From assembly GCA_963745025.1 (NCBI GenBank), contig CAVUWD010000016.1, positions 480,001-544,000 on the forward strand: 64,000 nucleotides of DNA, written 5' to 3'. A program made the position numbers and the translations under genes. This document shows, one piece after another, positions 52,079 to 62,898 of this stretch. Source of the DNA: an uncultured delta proteobacterium (lineage in GTDB: Bacteria; Desulfobacterota; Binatia; JACPRU01). The notes under the pieces were generated by a model. That model saw nothing but the letters and a program-made list of their open reading frames with translations. It made no database searches and was not told where the DNA came from. The stretch's first letter is position 1. Every line of letters starts with the position of its first letter.

Positions 52079-54832
52079 TCAGAAGATGTTGCCGATAGTG
52101 AAGTCAACCTCACCGATGGATTCGCCGCGACCCCGGTCGATCTTGAAGCCATAGTCGAGGCCGATCGAGCCGATCGGCGTCTGGTAGCGGAGCCCGGGGC
52201 CGACGCCGACGCGGAAGTGGTCGTTCGAAGCCGCATCACCGTGAAGGAGGTAGAGCCCGCCGCCGTCGACGAACACGGCTCCGCCTAGGCCCAGGAAGAG
52301 CGGGAAGCGGAGCTCGGTGTTGGCGTTCACGAGCAGGTCGCCGCCGGTAGGATTCCCGTCACTGCCACGAGGCCCGATGCTGTTCTCTTTGTAGCCACGC
52401 ACGCTGGTTCGCCCGCCGAGGAAGAAGCGCTCGCCGAGATTGATCGTGTGGGTGAACCCGATCGGTTCCGCGAATCCGAATCGCCCGCCGTAGATCCACA
52501 AAAACTTCTCCCCCAGCGGAACGTACTGCGAATGCTGGCCGATGACCTTGAAGAAGTGGACCTGCGAGCCGAATGCAGGCGAGCCGTAGCGGAGTCGTAG
52601 CGACTCGAAGACGCCCCGCTTCGGGGCGAAGGCGTCGTCGCGGCCGTCGTAGAGGAGGATCGGGTCGAGGGTCACCGTCCGCAGTCGTCCGACGTCCTGG
52701 CCGGTGAGCACCGCATCGGGAGCCACGTCGTAGATGTCGCTGTCCTCGAATTCGTGCATGAGACTACCCCGAAGGCCGGGAAGGAACTCGCGCTCGAAAC
52801 CGGCGGCGACGCTGAACTTGCGGATCGAGAACTCGTCGATCGAGCGCTCGCTCTGCAGGCCGGCGACGTTCGCCTTGAGATCGTAGGGGCTGCCGCGAAA
52901 GTGCGGCTGCTTCCCTTCCAGCGATACGATGTACTCGTCCGGCACGAAATTGCTCGAGTCGAGATTGACGTCGCCACGGAGCGAAACCTGGTCCCCCGTT
53001 CCCCACAGGTTCTTGTGGCTGACCTGCATGAAGTTGCGGAGACCGGCTTGGGAGTCGTAGCCGAAGCCGTACAGAAACTCACCGCCCGGCCGCTCTCCGA
53101 CCTCCACCGCCACGTCGCGGACCGTGCCGCTCTGCCCGAGCGGACGAACGACGACGCTGCGAAACAGGCCGAGGCGGTAGATGTCGGTCTGGGCGGCCGC
53201 CAACTTCGCGGGATCGAGTGGGTCACCCGGTGCGAAGGGCAGCGTACGACGGACCACCGAATCATGGGTGTAGTAGTTTCCCTGGACGAGAATGCGGCCG
53301 ATGCGAACCTGCTCTCCCGGCTCGATCCGGTACTGCACCTCGACGACGTCTTCATCGCCTCGCACGCCGGCGGGAGTGACGTTGGACGTTACCTTGGCGT
53401 CTACGAATCCGCTTACGGCGAGGCGGGTCCGAAGCGCTCGCCGATCGGTTTCGAGCGCGTCGGGCCGAAATGGCTTTCCGGCTTCGAGCGTCAGATCCAC
53501 GTGCCGCTTGCCGAGTGCCGCCTCGCCGCCGGCCACATCGACCGAACCGACCCGCGTTTGCCGGCCCTCGGAGATCGTAATCGTCACCGTGACCCAGCGA
53601 TGGTCCGCCGAGAACTCGGTCTGGACGTCCGTCGCCTCCGTCTGCAGGTATCCGAGGTTCCGATAGCGCTTGCGGATTTGCTCGACGTCGTCGGCGAGAA
53701 CGTCGCGACGAAAAACGCCGCCGACCGCACCGGGAAAGCGCAGCCACGATTTTCTTTGCGTATGCATCTCCCGCAGGAGCTCGTGATCGGAAAGCGCATG
53801 ATTCCCGCGAAAGAGGATCTCTCGCACGTAGACGCGCTCCCCCTCGCGGACTTCGAACTGGACGCGCCGAGGATCATCCCCGAACGTTTCGACCCGAATC
53901 TCGGCAAAGTCGAATCCATTCTCCCGGTAGTACTCCTGCATGCGCAGCGCCATGAGTTGCCACGTCCCGCTGGTGACGATCGGACGGTTGGCGAGATCGG
54001 TCAGCGCCAGAAGCTCCGCCGTCGAGATCGAGTGGTTGCCGGTGACCTCGATCACAAACTGCGGGCCGAGGTGGATCTGATAGTGGAGCGAGCAGAGCGA
54101 TTCGCTGGTCGATTCGGAGGCCGCCACCTCGGCCTCGTAGAAGCCCCGGCCGCGCAGAAAGCGGAGGAGCGCCTTGCGGCTGGTGGACACGATGTCGGTG
54201 GCGGCGACGTCTCCCGGTTGCAGCGAGAGCGCAAGACGCGCTTCCCCGTCGAGATCGGAGGGGAGCCCGTCGAGCACGATCTCGCCCACTCTCACGGCCG
54301 TGCCTTCTTCCACTCGCACGGTCACACCAATCTGTCCGGGACGCACGACCCGCTGATCGATCTCGACCTTCGTCTGCCGGTAGCCACGTTCCGCGTAGAG
54401 GTCGGCGACGCGCCTCTTGGCCGCCTCGATCTTGTCCGAGGAGAGTGGCTCGTCTTCGCGGATGCGCGCGCTCCGCAGCAGCGTCTCTTCGTCCACGGCG
54501 TTCTCGCCCGAGGCTCCGACGGCGACCACGAACGGCAGCGGCTCGAGGTGGAACGTTACGTCTGCCCTGCCGTCATGGGCAGTGGCATCGACCTCCACGG
54601 ACGCGAATATCTTCTTCGCTCGGAGCCACCGAACGCTCTCGTCGAGGGCCTCGCGGGAGAGCGGCTGCCCCGCCTGCAGCGGCAGCTCTCGCAGATAGTC
54701 GCTGCGATCGATGTTGCCGGGTGCTACGAAGTCGATGGCGCCGACGATCGACCCGAGCGCTTCCGGCGCCACTTCGGCCTTGGCCAGACTCGCCACCAGC
54801 AGGGCTACGACCCAGCATTTCGTGAGCCTCAC
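52079..54832 (-). CDS. Omp85 family outer-membrane protein (BamA/TamA-like, multiple POTRA domains)
   Basis: POTRA repeats, ERFFLGGRTSVRGY, GLRYQTPIGSIGLDYG, terminal F. Confidence 0.92.
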   Translation of the reverse strand: MRLTKCWVVALLVASLAKAEVAPEALGSIVGAIDFVAPGNIDRSDYLRELPLQAGQPLSREALDESVRWLRAKKIFASVEVDATAHDGRADVTFHLEPLPFVVAVGASGENAVDEETLLRSARIREDEPLSSDKIEAAKRRVADLYAERGYRQTKVEIDQRVVRPGQIGVTVRVEEGTAVRVGEIVLDGLPSDLDGEARLALSLQPGDVAATDIVSTSRKALLRFLRGRGFYEAEVAASESTSESLCSLHYQIHLGPQFVIEVTGNHSISTAELLALTDLANRPIVTSGTWQLMALRMQEYYRENGFDFAEIRVETFGDDPRRVQFEVREGERVYVREILFRGNHALSDHELLREMHTQRKSWLRFPGAVGGVFRRDVLADDVEQIRKRYRNLGYLQTEATDVQTEFSADHRWVTVTITISEGRQTRVGSVDVAGGEAALGKRHVDLTLEAGKPFRPDALETDRRALRTRLAVSGFVDAKVTSNVTPAGVRGDEDVVEVQYRIEPGEQVRIGRILVQGNYYTHDSVVRRTLPFAPGDPLDPAKLAAAQTDIYRLGLFRSVVVRPLGQSGTVRDVAVEVGERPGGEFLYGFGYDSQAGLRNFMQVSHKNLWGTGDQVSLRGDVNLDSSNFVPDEYIVSLEGKQPHFRGSPYDLKANVAGLQSERSIDEFSIRKFSVAAGFEREFLPGLRGSLMHEFEDSDIYDVAPDAVLTGQDVGRLRTVTLDPILLYDGRDDAFAPKRGVFESLRLRYGSPAFGSQVHFFKVIGQHSQYVPLGEKFLWIYGGRFGFAEPIGFTHTINLGERFFLGGRTSVRGYKENSIGPRGSDGNPTGGDLLVNANTELRFPLFLGLGGAVFVDGGGLYLLHGDAASNDHFRVGVGPGLRYQTPIGSIGLDYGFKIDRGRGESIGEVDFTIGNIF

Positions 54833-57800
54833 GGCTCTCCCGGATGGGATAGAGAGTACGGCGGCAACAGCGAAAACCTCGGCAGCGTGCGGAAGGGCAC
54901 ACGAAACTTCAGGTTTCCGCCGAACGCCCCTGCTCGGTCTTGCGTCTGCGACTCCCAGACCCCCTGGAGAGAGAAGCGACGCGTCACCTGGTACTCGAGG
55001 CCGACGTCTTGAGCACGCTCGCTGCCGAGACCGGTTCCCACGACCGCGCTCAGACGCTCGGTCAGGTCCTTGGCGACCCTCAACCTCGGCTCGTTGCCGC
55101 CGACCCGCGAAGAGTTGCCGCCGCCCCGCGAAGAGGAGGGCTCGACCTCGATCCGATCGACCGGGAAGAACGTACGGATGCGCTCTTCGACCTTCCCCGC
55201 TTGCGGCCCGGTCGTCAATGCCAACACGTCGCTCAGGTCGATTCCCGCCCCCTGACTTTGCAGCTGCGAGACTGTGCGTCCGAACGTAACGAGCGCGAGC
55301 ACGTCGTTTTCGGTGAGCGTCGGATCGTCGGCGGTGAATTGGATTCGCGGTTCATCGGCCGTGCCGCTGACGCGAACCTGGATCGCGTATTCTGCGTCGC
55401 GCGTGTCGACACGGGTCTCGCCGCTGAACTCGAGATCCGGGTTCGTCGGCCGCTCATCCTCGAACCGCACGTTTCCGGACGTGATCGTGAAGCGGCGGCG
55501 GCGGAACACGAACTCGCCGCTCAGCACCTCGATGGAGCCGTCCCAGGTCAAAGGCGTCTCACGGCCACCGTGTACTCGCACATCCGAGCGCATCTCCGCC
55601 TTGGCGAGATTATTGTCGACGAAGAGTCCCCCATCGGCGACCAGGTGAAGGTCCAAACCGACGGGCAGGGCGGTACCGGCGCGGGCTGGGCTCGCCTGCT
55701 TGCGAAACCACGGGAGGAATTCCGTCCACTCGATCCGCCGATCGTAGATCGCCTGCACGATCTCGATCTCGCCGCCGAGCTCCGGTGCGGTAATCGACCC
55801 GAGGAGGCGTCCGTTACCGCTCGCGCGATAATCGAGCCAACTCGGCACGCCGAGGCTGGCGTCGTGAATTGCCCAGCCGAGATCCCAGCCGCTGTCGAGG
55901 CCGAGGGTCCCGGCGACGAGGAACTCGCCGCCGCCGAGCTTACCGGTGAGCTCGCGGAGCTCGAGCTTCCGCTCCTCGAAATCGAGAGCACCGGCGAGAT
56001 CGGTCACACCGACGAGGAAGGCGAGATCGAGAGCTCCGCCGTCTAGCTTCGCTCGCCCCCGATATCGCCAAGGCTCCTCACCGCGGCGAGACGCACGGAC
56101 CTCGGCCTCGATCCGGCCGCGTGCGGATGCCACGGTCGCGCTCAGCGATTCGAGGAGCTCGAGATCGCCGTTCGCCGAGGCATGAACGTCGGCTTCCTCA
56201 GGCGCCCATCGGCCACTGGCGACGACGCGCTGACCGGCTCCAACGAGCTCCGCATCCGAAACATCCACCCTGCCGTTGGCGACGCGGATCACGATCGGCG
56301 CGGGGTTCTCGAGCTTGAGGGCGCCACGCTCGATCGTGATCGCGGCGATGCGCGCGCTTCCCTGCTCGAGGGGTTGCCGAACGTCACCGCCGAGCTCCGC
56401 ATCGCCGTCCATGCGGATCGCCACACCGGGCGCCGTCGGGACGAGTCGCGCCACATCGAAACCACGGCACTTCGCCCGCGCATGGAACTTGTACGGAAGA
56501 CCGACCTCCGCCTCGCCCGACACATGGAGCGTTTCCGCCAGCGTGGCTTCGATCGCCGCCCGATCTCTGTCGGTGTGCAGTCGCAGCGTGCCGTTGCCGA
56601 GCGCCTGACCCGAGAGCCGGAGATCCGAGAGCGCGAGCGAGACATCACCAAGGGGCCGCGACGCCGAGCCCGTCAAAGAGGCCTCGAGCGCAATTCCGCC
56701 GGCCAGATTCGGCACCCGACCATGGAGCGCTTCCAGATCCTCCAGTCGCCAACCGCTCGCCGCGGCATCAACCGAGAGCTTTCCATCCGGCTCGAGCGCC
56801 ATACGGAGCATGCTCACCGCGCCGTCCGGCCGTCGAAGAGTACCGCGGCCGGCCCATCGACCCCCGCTCAGCGTGACTTCGACCGTGCCCTCCCCGACTC
56901 GCTCGCCGACAACCGCTGCCTCGGTGAGTTGGGCGCGGCCGGCGAGCCGCAGGCTCGCCCACGGACCCGACGCCTGAACCGTGCCATCGACTCTACCGTC
57001 GAGATCCGGGAACGTCGGCCAGCGCAGCTTCAAGGCCGGCGCCGCTTGGGCGAGCGAGGCCCGGTGAATGGCCGCCGACCACTCGTTCTGCTGCGCCGCG
57101 TTCAACGCGATTCGCCCAGACATCTGGATTTGGCCATTCGCGAGATCGACCTTGGATGACTGGAAGCCGTCGCGGGAGAATTCGAACGGTCCGCGGACCG
57201 CACCGAAGGAAACACCCTGAACGGCGAGACTGACGAATTCCCCCTCGCCTCTGAAGACCGGGCGCTCCACCGTACCGAGGAACTCCGCGCGCGCTTGTCC
57301 AGCGCCCTCGAGCCGCAGGCCGACGAACGCGCCAAAGACCCCGAGTTGCCGGCTCTTGCCGTTGACCTCTCCGCTGATCTTGCTGTGGTCGACGACCTGA
57401 TATCGCGCACGTAACCGATCATCCGGTCCCGCCTCTGCGCTGCCCTCGACTTCGGTACTGTTCTTGCCGACCGAAAACGCGGCAGCGCCGTCGAGCTTGC
57501 GGCGGCCTTGCTCGAGCGTGAAGCGGCCGCTGCCGTGATAATCGTCCGCTCCGAACAGACTTCCGCCGATCTGCGCTTCGCCGCTCCAGGCGCCGCGGAG
57601 CGGGGTTCGCGTACCGAAGAGCGCTATGAACTCCGCCGGATCCCATCGGGTGAAGCGTGCTCGTCCCTCGAACGGGACTCGAATCGCGAGCTTCCCGTGG
57701 GCGCTCCCCTGGGCTTCTCCTCCGAAAATCTCCGCGCGCACCGGGTCGAGAGTCCATTCATCGCCCTTGCTGTTCAACCGCCCGCCGCCCGAGAACTCGA

Positions 57801-58683
57801 CCTTACCGATGCGAACCGCGCGCGCTTCGAGATCGGCGCTGATCTCCGGGCGGGCCGTCGTGCCTCCGACGGTCGCGCGAATCCGCGCAGCCCCGCGCAC
57901 CATTCCCGCTTCCGGCAGCAGGGCGAAAACAGGGTCGAGCGCGGCGTCCCAGTCGATTCGCCCGCGCAGCCGGTCCCCGTCGCGCTCGCCGCTCCAACGA
58001 ATGGACCCCGATTGTCCGTCGATCACTCCGGAATCGACGACGACGCTGCTTGCCGAGGTCCGGCCGCGCGCGGCGACCCGAGTGAGCTCCAGCCGCTTGC
58101 CATCGCGCTCGACCGTGACGCGGCCCGTGCCGTCGAATACGACGCGGTGGCGAAGCAGCCCGCTCAACGTGACCTCGAGAAAAATATCGGCAATCTCGGT
58201 GCGCAGGCGAGCCCGCGAGAGGTGAAGCTCGATCCGACCCGAGCGCACCGTCAGCCTGCGCGGCAAAAAAACCGGCTTCGCCAATGGCGTCCCCGTCGGC
58301 GAATGAACGGACGATTCGAGCGCGCGCCAAATCTCGCTCTGGTCACCCGTGACGACCTCAGGCTCGTCGACGGAAACGTCTGCGATCCAGGTCCCGTCCC
58401 AGAGAGAGCGCCATACCGAGAGATCGAGTTCCACCGTGCGCGCGGCCAGTAACCGTTCCCCGCCCTTCGACACCGTGACCTCGCGCGCCGCGACGCGCGG
58501 TGGCACTAGCGAGAGCTCGATCGCCCCGATCCTGAGGTCCACGCCCGCCGCTCGCGCGACTTCCCGTACCAACAGATCGCGGAGGAAGTCGGCACCGGCC
58601 CGGTGGCCGAAAACGATTCCCAACGTGACGACCAGGAGAAGCGCCGCGAGGCCGATGCGCCAGGCTGCTCTCCCGATCCCCAT
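54829..58683 (-). CDS. tamB: TamB/AsmA-like translocation and assembly module protein
   Basis: N-terminal TM anchor, long beta-rich body, DUF490-like C-terminus (NPDLEF...VSGTADEP...VLALVTFG); overlaps the Omp85 gene. Confidence 0.85.
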   Translation of the reverse strand: MGIGRAAWRIGLAALLLVVTLGIVFGHRAGADFLRDLLVREVARAAGVDLRIGAIELSLVPPRVAAREVTVSKGGERLLAARTVELDLSVWRSLWDGTWIADVSVDEPEVVTGDQSEIWRALESSVHSPTGTPLAKPVFLPRRLTVRSGRIELHLSRARLRTEIADIFLEVTLSGLLRHRVVFDGTGRVTVERDGKRLELTRVAARGRTSASSVVVDSGVIDGQSGSIRWSGERDGDRLRGRIDWDAALDPVFALLPEAGMVRGAARIRATVGGTTARPEISADLEARAVRIGKVEFSGGGRLNSKGDEWTLDPVRAEIFGGEAQGSAHGKLAIRVPFEGRARFTRWDPAEFIALFGTRTPLRGAWSGEAQIGGSLFGADDYHGSGRFTLEQGRRKLDGAAAFSVGKNSTEVEGSAEAGPDDRLRARYQVVDHSKISGEVNGKSRQLGVFGAFVGLRLEGAGQARAEFLGTVERPVFRGEGEFVSLAVQGVSFGAVRGPFEFSRDGFQSSKVDLANGQIQMSGRIALNAAQQNEWSAAIHRASLAQAAPALKLRWPTFPDLDGRVDGTVQASGPWASLRLAGRAQLTEAAVVGERVGEGTVEVTLSGGRWAGRGTLRRPDGAVSMLRMALEPDGKLSVDAAASGWRLEDLEALHGRVPNLAGGIALEASLTGSASRPLGDVSLALSDLRLSGQALGNGTLRLHTDRDRAAIEATLAETLHVSGEAEVGLPYKFHARAKCRGFDVARLVPTAPGVAIRMDGDAELGGDVRQPLEQGSARIAAITIERGALKLENPAPIVIRVANGRVDVSDAELVGAGQRVVASGRWAPEEADVHASANGDLELLESLSATVASARGRIEAEVRASRRGEEPWRYRGRAKLDGGALDLAFLVGVTDLAGALDFEERKLELRELTGKLGGGEFLVAGTLGLDSGWDLGWAIHDASLGVPSWLDYRASGNGRLLGSITAPELGGEIEIVQAIYDRRIEWTEFLPWFRKQASPARAGTALPVGLDLHLVADGGLFVDNNLAKAEMRSDVRVHGGRETPLTWDGSIEVLSGEFVFRRRRFTITSGNVRFEDERPTNPDLEFSGETRVDTRDAEYAIQVRVSGTADEPRIQFTADDPTLTENDVLALVTFGRTVSQLQSQGAGIDLSDVLALTTGPQAGKVEERIRTFFPVDRIEVEPSSSRGGGNSSRVGGNEPRLRVAKDLTERLSAVVGTGLGSERAQDVGLEYQVTRRFSLQGVWESQTQDRAGAFGGNLKFRVPFRTLPRFSLLPPYSLSHPGEP

Positions 58684-58832
58684 TCCCGTCTCACGCGTCC
58701 AAAGACGGAATAAACAAAAAGCCGAGCGCTTCCAAGCGAGCCTCGGGTCTCCGCTCATGCGGCTCGGTGAATTGTCACCTCCGAACTCGCGTGTTAGGGT
58801 CCGCCCTCAGCGCTGCTCGTCCGGCGCGAACC

Positions 58833-59927
58833 ATGACCGAGCCGCGAGTATCCCCTGAAGCTCTGTCCCGCCGCGGCTCGCGCCGGTGGCTGCTGTTCGG
58901 TCTGGTGCTCGCCGTCGCGGCGATCGCCACGATCGTCATCGCCATCGACGCACGAGCGCTGGTGCGAGTAGCGGGAAGCATTCGACCGACCATGCTTCTG
59001 CTTCCGGTCCTCTGTACGGCGGGAAGCTACGCGGCCATGACGGCTTCCTATCAACGCATCGCGGACGCCGCCGGTTTGCGTCTGTCGTTTGGCGAGATGC
59101 TGAAGGTCACTCTCGCGTCCACCGCGGCGAACTACGTGTTTTCGACGGGCGGTCTTTCCGGGCTCGCGCTGCGCAGCTATTTTTTTTCTCAAACGCACGG
59201 CATGAGCTCGGGAAACGCCGTCAGTATCTCGCTGGCACAGACGTTTCTCACCAACTTCGTGCTGCTCGGGTTCCTCTTTTGGGGTCTCCTCAACCTGCTG
59301 TTCGAGGGGCAGCTCCGCGGGTCGTCCCAATTCATCGTTGCGTTCCTGTTTCTACTGTCGCTGCTGCTCTGCTCCGGGGCGGTGGCCATCGTTGCCTCGC
59401 GGACCGCTCGCCTGAAGTTGTTCGCTCTGCTCCTCCGCATCCCCGACCTGCTCTCACGCGCGCTACACCACCGCGGCGGCGCGATTCGCGCGCGCTTGAC
59501 GTTGTTCGAGGCCGAGGTTCACGAGGGCGTCGACTTTCTGATGGCACGCGGAATGCTGATGATCGCGCCGCTCGCCTACATCGGCATCGATTGGTTTCTC
59601 ATGCTCGTGACCTTGTACACCGCCTTCTATTGCGTCGAGCACCCCGTGCCGATGCATCTCGTCGTCATCGGCTTCTCCACGGGCGTCTTTCTTTCCATCA
59701 TCAATCTGGTTCCAGGCGGGCTTGGGATCATGGAGGGATCCATGGCGGCGGTATTCGCCGCCTTCGGTGTGCCGCTCGAGACCGCGGTCGTCGCGACGGT
59801 GATCTTCCGTGCGAGCTACTACGTGCTGCCGCTTGCGCTCACGCTGCTGTTCCTGCGCCCCATGCTCGCCCTGGGTCGTTCGCAAGCGAGCAGGCCTGCG
59901 GCGCCGGTCGAGCGTCCAGCGCAATGA
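58833..59927 (+). CDS. Lysylphosphatidylglycerol synthase TM / flippase-like (UPF0104) protein
   Basis: Multi-TM protein with VPGGLGIMEGSM...IFRASYY. Confidence 0.88.
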   Translation: MTEPRVSPEALSRRGSRRWLLFGLVLAVAAIATIVIAIDARALVRVAGSIRPTMLLLPVLCTAGSYAAMTASYQRIADAAGLRLSFGEMLKVTLASTAANYVFSTGGLSGLALRSYFFSQTHGMSSGNAVSISLAQTFLTNFVLLGFLFWGLLNLLFEGQLRGSSQFIVAFLFLLSLLLCSGAVAIVASRTARLKLFALLLRIPDLLSRALHHRGGAIRARLTLFEAEVHEGVDFLMARGMLMIAPLAYIGIDWFLMLVTLYTAFYCVEHPVPMHLVVIGFSTGVFLSIINLVPGGLGIMEGSMAAVFAAFGVPLETAVVATVIFRASYYVLPLALTLLFLRPMLALGRSQASRPAAPVERPAQ

Positions 59928-60949
59928 CGGCGGGGCGCCGCGACCGAAGCGCGCTCCGCCGGTCGAGTGCATTCGCGTTGCTTCTGTTCACGATCGCCGT
60001 TCCACGCGCGGCTCCCGGCGATTTGGCTCCGGCGCGATTCGCAGACCAGGGGCTGGAGGTCGGCGAACGGCTTCATCTGCTCGTCATCGCCCCTCACCCT
60101 GACGACGAGACGCTCGGCGCGGGCGGGCTCATGCAACGCGTTCAGAAGCAGCGCGGCCGAGTGACCGTGGCGTACTTGACGAGCGGAGATGGGTACCTCG
60201 ACGGTGTCGAGCTCGAAACCGGCAAGCTGAAGCCAAAGGCCAAAGACTTCGTCAATTACGGAGAAGAGCGGCTACATGAAGCGCTGCGCGCCCTGCAGGC
60301 GATCTCGATCAGTCAGAAGAGCCTCTTCGTGTTCGGATTTCCCGACGGCGGTCTTCTCGATCTCCTGACCACGTACTGGAGCTCTAAGGACGGCTTCATG
60401 TCTCCCTATACGCGCGACAGCCGGCCGCCCTACCCCGGCAGCCTCGACCCGGCCACGGCCTATTCCGGCGTCGCTCTCGAGCGCGAGCTAGCGCGCCTGA
60501 TCACACACATCAATCCGCAATGGATCGCGGTGACGGGGCCGTGGGACATTCATCCGGACCACTGCGCCGCTTTTCATTTCGTGGTGCGGGCACTCCGGCG
60601 CTTGAACGCTTCGAATCCAAAGTTCGCCGCGCCGCAAGTGCTCGCCTACACCGTGCACCGTCCGGACTGGCCGGACTTCAGCGAGGGAACGGCTCTCGGG
60701 CCGCCTCCGAACGTCTCGTGCGGCAGCGCGACCTGGCGGTCTCTCGATCTGAGCGCCGCCGAGTTGGAAGGCAAGGGCCGTGCCCTCGACCAGTATACCT
60801 CGCAGATGGACATCATGGCCGTGCTCTTCCGAGCCTTCGTGCGTCCGAACGAGGTGTTTGCCGTCTATTCGTCTCTGCCGATGGAGCCACCCGATGCGTG
60901 CGGCCGCCCTCTGCCTGTGCCGGTCGAACCGGCTCCGCAGTCTCGTTGA
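59924..60949 (+). CDS. Exported PIG-L/LmbE family deacetylase
   Basis: IAPHPDDETLG, LTSGDG, GFPDG, DIHPDH, YTSQ; signal-like N-terminus. Confidence 0.9.
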   Translation: MTAGRRDRSALRRSSAFALLLFTIAVPRAAPGDLAPARFADQGLEVGERLHLLVIAPHPDDETLGAGGLMQRVQKQRGRVTVAYLTSGDGYLDGVELETGKLKPKAKDFVNYGEERLHEALRALQAISISQKSLFVFGFPDGGLLDLLTTYWSSKDGFMSPYTRDSRPPYPGSLDPATAYSGVALERELARLITHINPQWIAVTGPWDIHPDHCAAFHFVVRALRRLNASNPKFAAPQVLAYTVHRPDWPDFSEGTALGPPPNVSCGSATWRSLDLSAAELEGKGRALDQYTSQMDIMAVLFRAFVRPNEVFAVYSSLPMEPPDACGRPLPVPVEPAPQSR

Positions 60950-60989
60950 CAGCAGAACTTTCGTCGGATAGCGCCCGGGTGAACACTCG

Positions 60990-61973
60990 ATGGGAACGAG
61001 GAAGCAGATCCCCGCTCGGCCGAAGCGACCGGGAGCCGTAGTCTCGCCAACGCGATGGGCTCAGTCGCCCCCGATCTTCCGCGCCATGATGCTCGAGGCG
61101 CTCGGGAGCTGGGTGGTTCCCACGCTCTCGCTCACGGCCGCCGCGCTATTCTGGTTGCTCTCGGCGATCGACGTCTGGTCAGAGCCCGTCGCCGTCGTAG
61201 GCGTGGCCGGGTCCCTGCTAGTGCTTGCGCTCTTCGCCTCGTTTCGTCAGCACGTGCTCGCCGAGGATACGTTCCGGCGGTATTCCTCGCTCGGCTTCGC
61301 CTGCGGCTGGGGCCTGCTACTCTTCCTCACGTTCTACCTTTGCAACTTCCCTGGCCCTCCGACCGTGGACGGCGTTTTACGCTCCGGAGGCGAGGCGATC
61401 TCTCTACCGGCGGGCACGCACGCGCTGGTTGTCGATGGCCGCTTCGTCGCAACCCAGGGCCAGGGCAACCGCCTCGGGCACTACCGACTGGAAATCGCGC
61501 CCGCTGGCGGCGCTCCACTGGCGATCGACGGCAACTTCGAGGACAGCTTCGCGCGCCAGCGCCTCGGACGTCGCGGCACGACGGTCGTAGAGATCCAGCA
61601 CACTTCGCAACGCCATTTCAGAACCCTGCCCGCCGCCGCGAGCGTGCGCCTCGTCGAGGTCGATCCCTCCCTCGAGCCCGAGCTGCGCATCGCGGTCTAC
61701 CCGGCGATGAACCCTTGGCTTTTTCCGGTGCTCGGGGTCGCCGGAATGATCGGTGCTCTGGCGTTGGAGAAATGGCTCGACGGCGACGGTTCGGTGACGA
61801 TGGCCGCGTGCGTGACGTTCTTCGTCGTCTACGAATATCTGTGGTGGGCGTCGCCGCACCCCCAGCTCCGGGCGCTGATCGGCGCCATACTCGTCGGCGG
61901 ATTCATCGGCGCGCCGCTCGCGGCAATCGTCTGGCGAGTGGTTCCACGCCGCTGGATCGTTCGTCGCCGCTGA
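60990..61973 (+). CDS. Hypothetical membrane protein (start may be 61086)
   Basis: Three N-terminal and about three C-terminal hydrophobic segments around a soluble beta-rich domain. Confidence 0.7.
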   Translation: MGTRKQIPARPKRPGAVVSPTRWAQSPPIFRAMMLEALGSWVVPTLSLTAAALFWLLSAIDVWSEPVAVVGVAGSLLVLALFASFRQHVLAEDTFRRYSSLGFACGWGLLLFLTFYLCNFPGPPTVDGVLRSGGEAISLPAGTHALVVDGRFVATQGQGNRLGHYRLEIAPAGGAPLAIDGNFEDSFARQRLGRRGTTVVEIQHTSQRHFRTLPAAASVRLVEVDPSLEPELRIAVYPAMNPWLFPVLGVAGMIGALALEKWLDGDGSVTMAACVTFFVVYEYLWWASPHPQLRALIGAILVGGFIGAPLAAIVWRVVPRRWIVRRR

Positions 61974-62120
61974 AGGCGCGCGCAGGTTTTCAACGGCGGA
62001 GCTTTCCGGCAACTACCCGCAACATGGCCAACGGATCCAGGGACGACGCGGGCGCGATGGCTTCGTCGGCATCATCGCTTGCAAGCCACCCCCCCATTCT
62101 GCATTTTTGAAGCTGTAGCG

Positions 62121-62705
62121 ATGAGCGAACGCCTGCTGCGAACCACGCCCAAGGATTTTTTCCGCGGTCTCCTGCGCCAAGCGTGTGACGAGCAGAAGGT
62201 GTTGCCGAGCGAGAGCGCGGAGTTTTATCTCGTTCAGCTCCTCGAGCGGTTCGTACGACACGAGCAGGGCCTGCTCGATCGCCCGCTGGCGCTCGATTAT
62301 CTCGAATCTCTCGAAGGCGATCCCCCGGAACGCTACCAGAGGCTCAAGCATGTCGGCGACACCGCGCTCTTCGTATCCGGTGTGTTCACGGAAAGCCTCG
62401 AAGGCAAGGCGGTCGGCGCGGACTACTACACCTCGATCGGCGGTCTGGCATACGGGCACCTGGCTAGCCTGCACGGCACCGCGCTCGGGCGGGGGGTGAT
62501 CGCGCTCTTCACCGAGATGTCAACGCGTTTCTTGGATTTCGTCCGCGTGCTCTCACAGATGAGTCTCGACGAGCTCTACGCGAGCGATCGCGATACGCTA
62601 CGCATCTACCGGCGCTGGCTGCTCACTCGGGGCGCGCGCGACGCCGACACACTCGTCCGCCGCGGCATCATCCCCTTCGCGCCGAAGAAGCCGCTCGTGC
62701 AGTAG
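62121..62705 (+). CDS. Conserved hypothetical protein
   Basis: YLVQLL...LKHVGDTALFVSGVF...DYYTSIGGLAY resembles a proteobacterial hypothetical family. Confidence 0.75.
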   Translation: MSERLLRTTPKDFFRGLLRQACDEQKVLPSESAEFYLVQLLERFVRHEQGLLDRPLALDYLESLEGDPPERYQRLKHVGDTALFVSGVFTESLEGKAVGADYYTSIGGLAYGHLASLHGTALGRGVIALFTEMSTRFLDFVRVLSQMSLDELYASDRDTLRIYRRWLLTRGARDADTLVRRGIIPFAPKKPLVQ

Positions 62706-62898
62706 CGCTCGCGAAAACAATTTCGGCCAAGAAGCGTGCCAGCCCGCACCCGACTGGGCCGCCACGAGCTTCTTACTAGTCGCCTCTCGCGCTTCCAAGG
62801 ACGGTTCCGCGACTCATCGGGCATTGGACGGTCGCGCCGCGTCCCGATCGGATGCGGGCTCGGTGCGCTCTACGCGTCCAAGTATTTTCGCTTCAACA

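Noticed and set aside
52754-55012. Long antisense or alternate-frame ORFs (also 25573-27036, 46793-48208, 5754-7364)
   Set aside because: Shadow ORFs typical of high-GC DNA opposite well-supported genes; no recognisable motifs.
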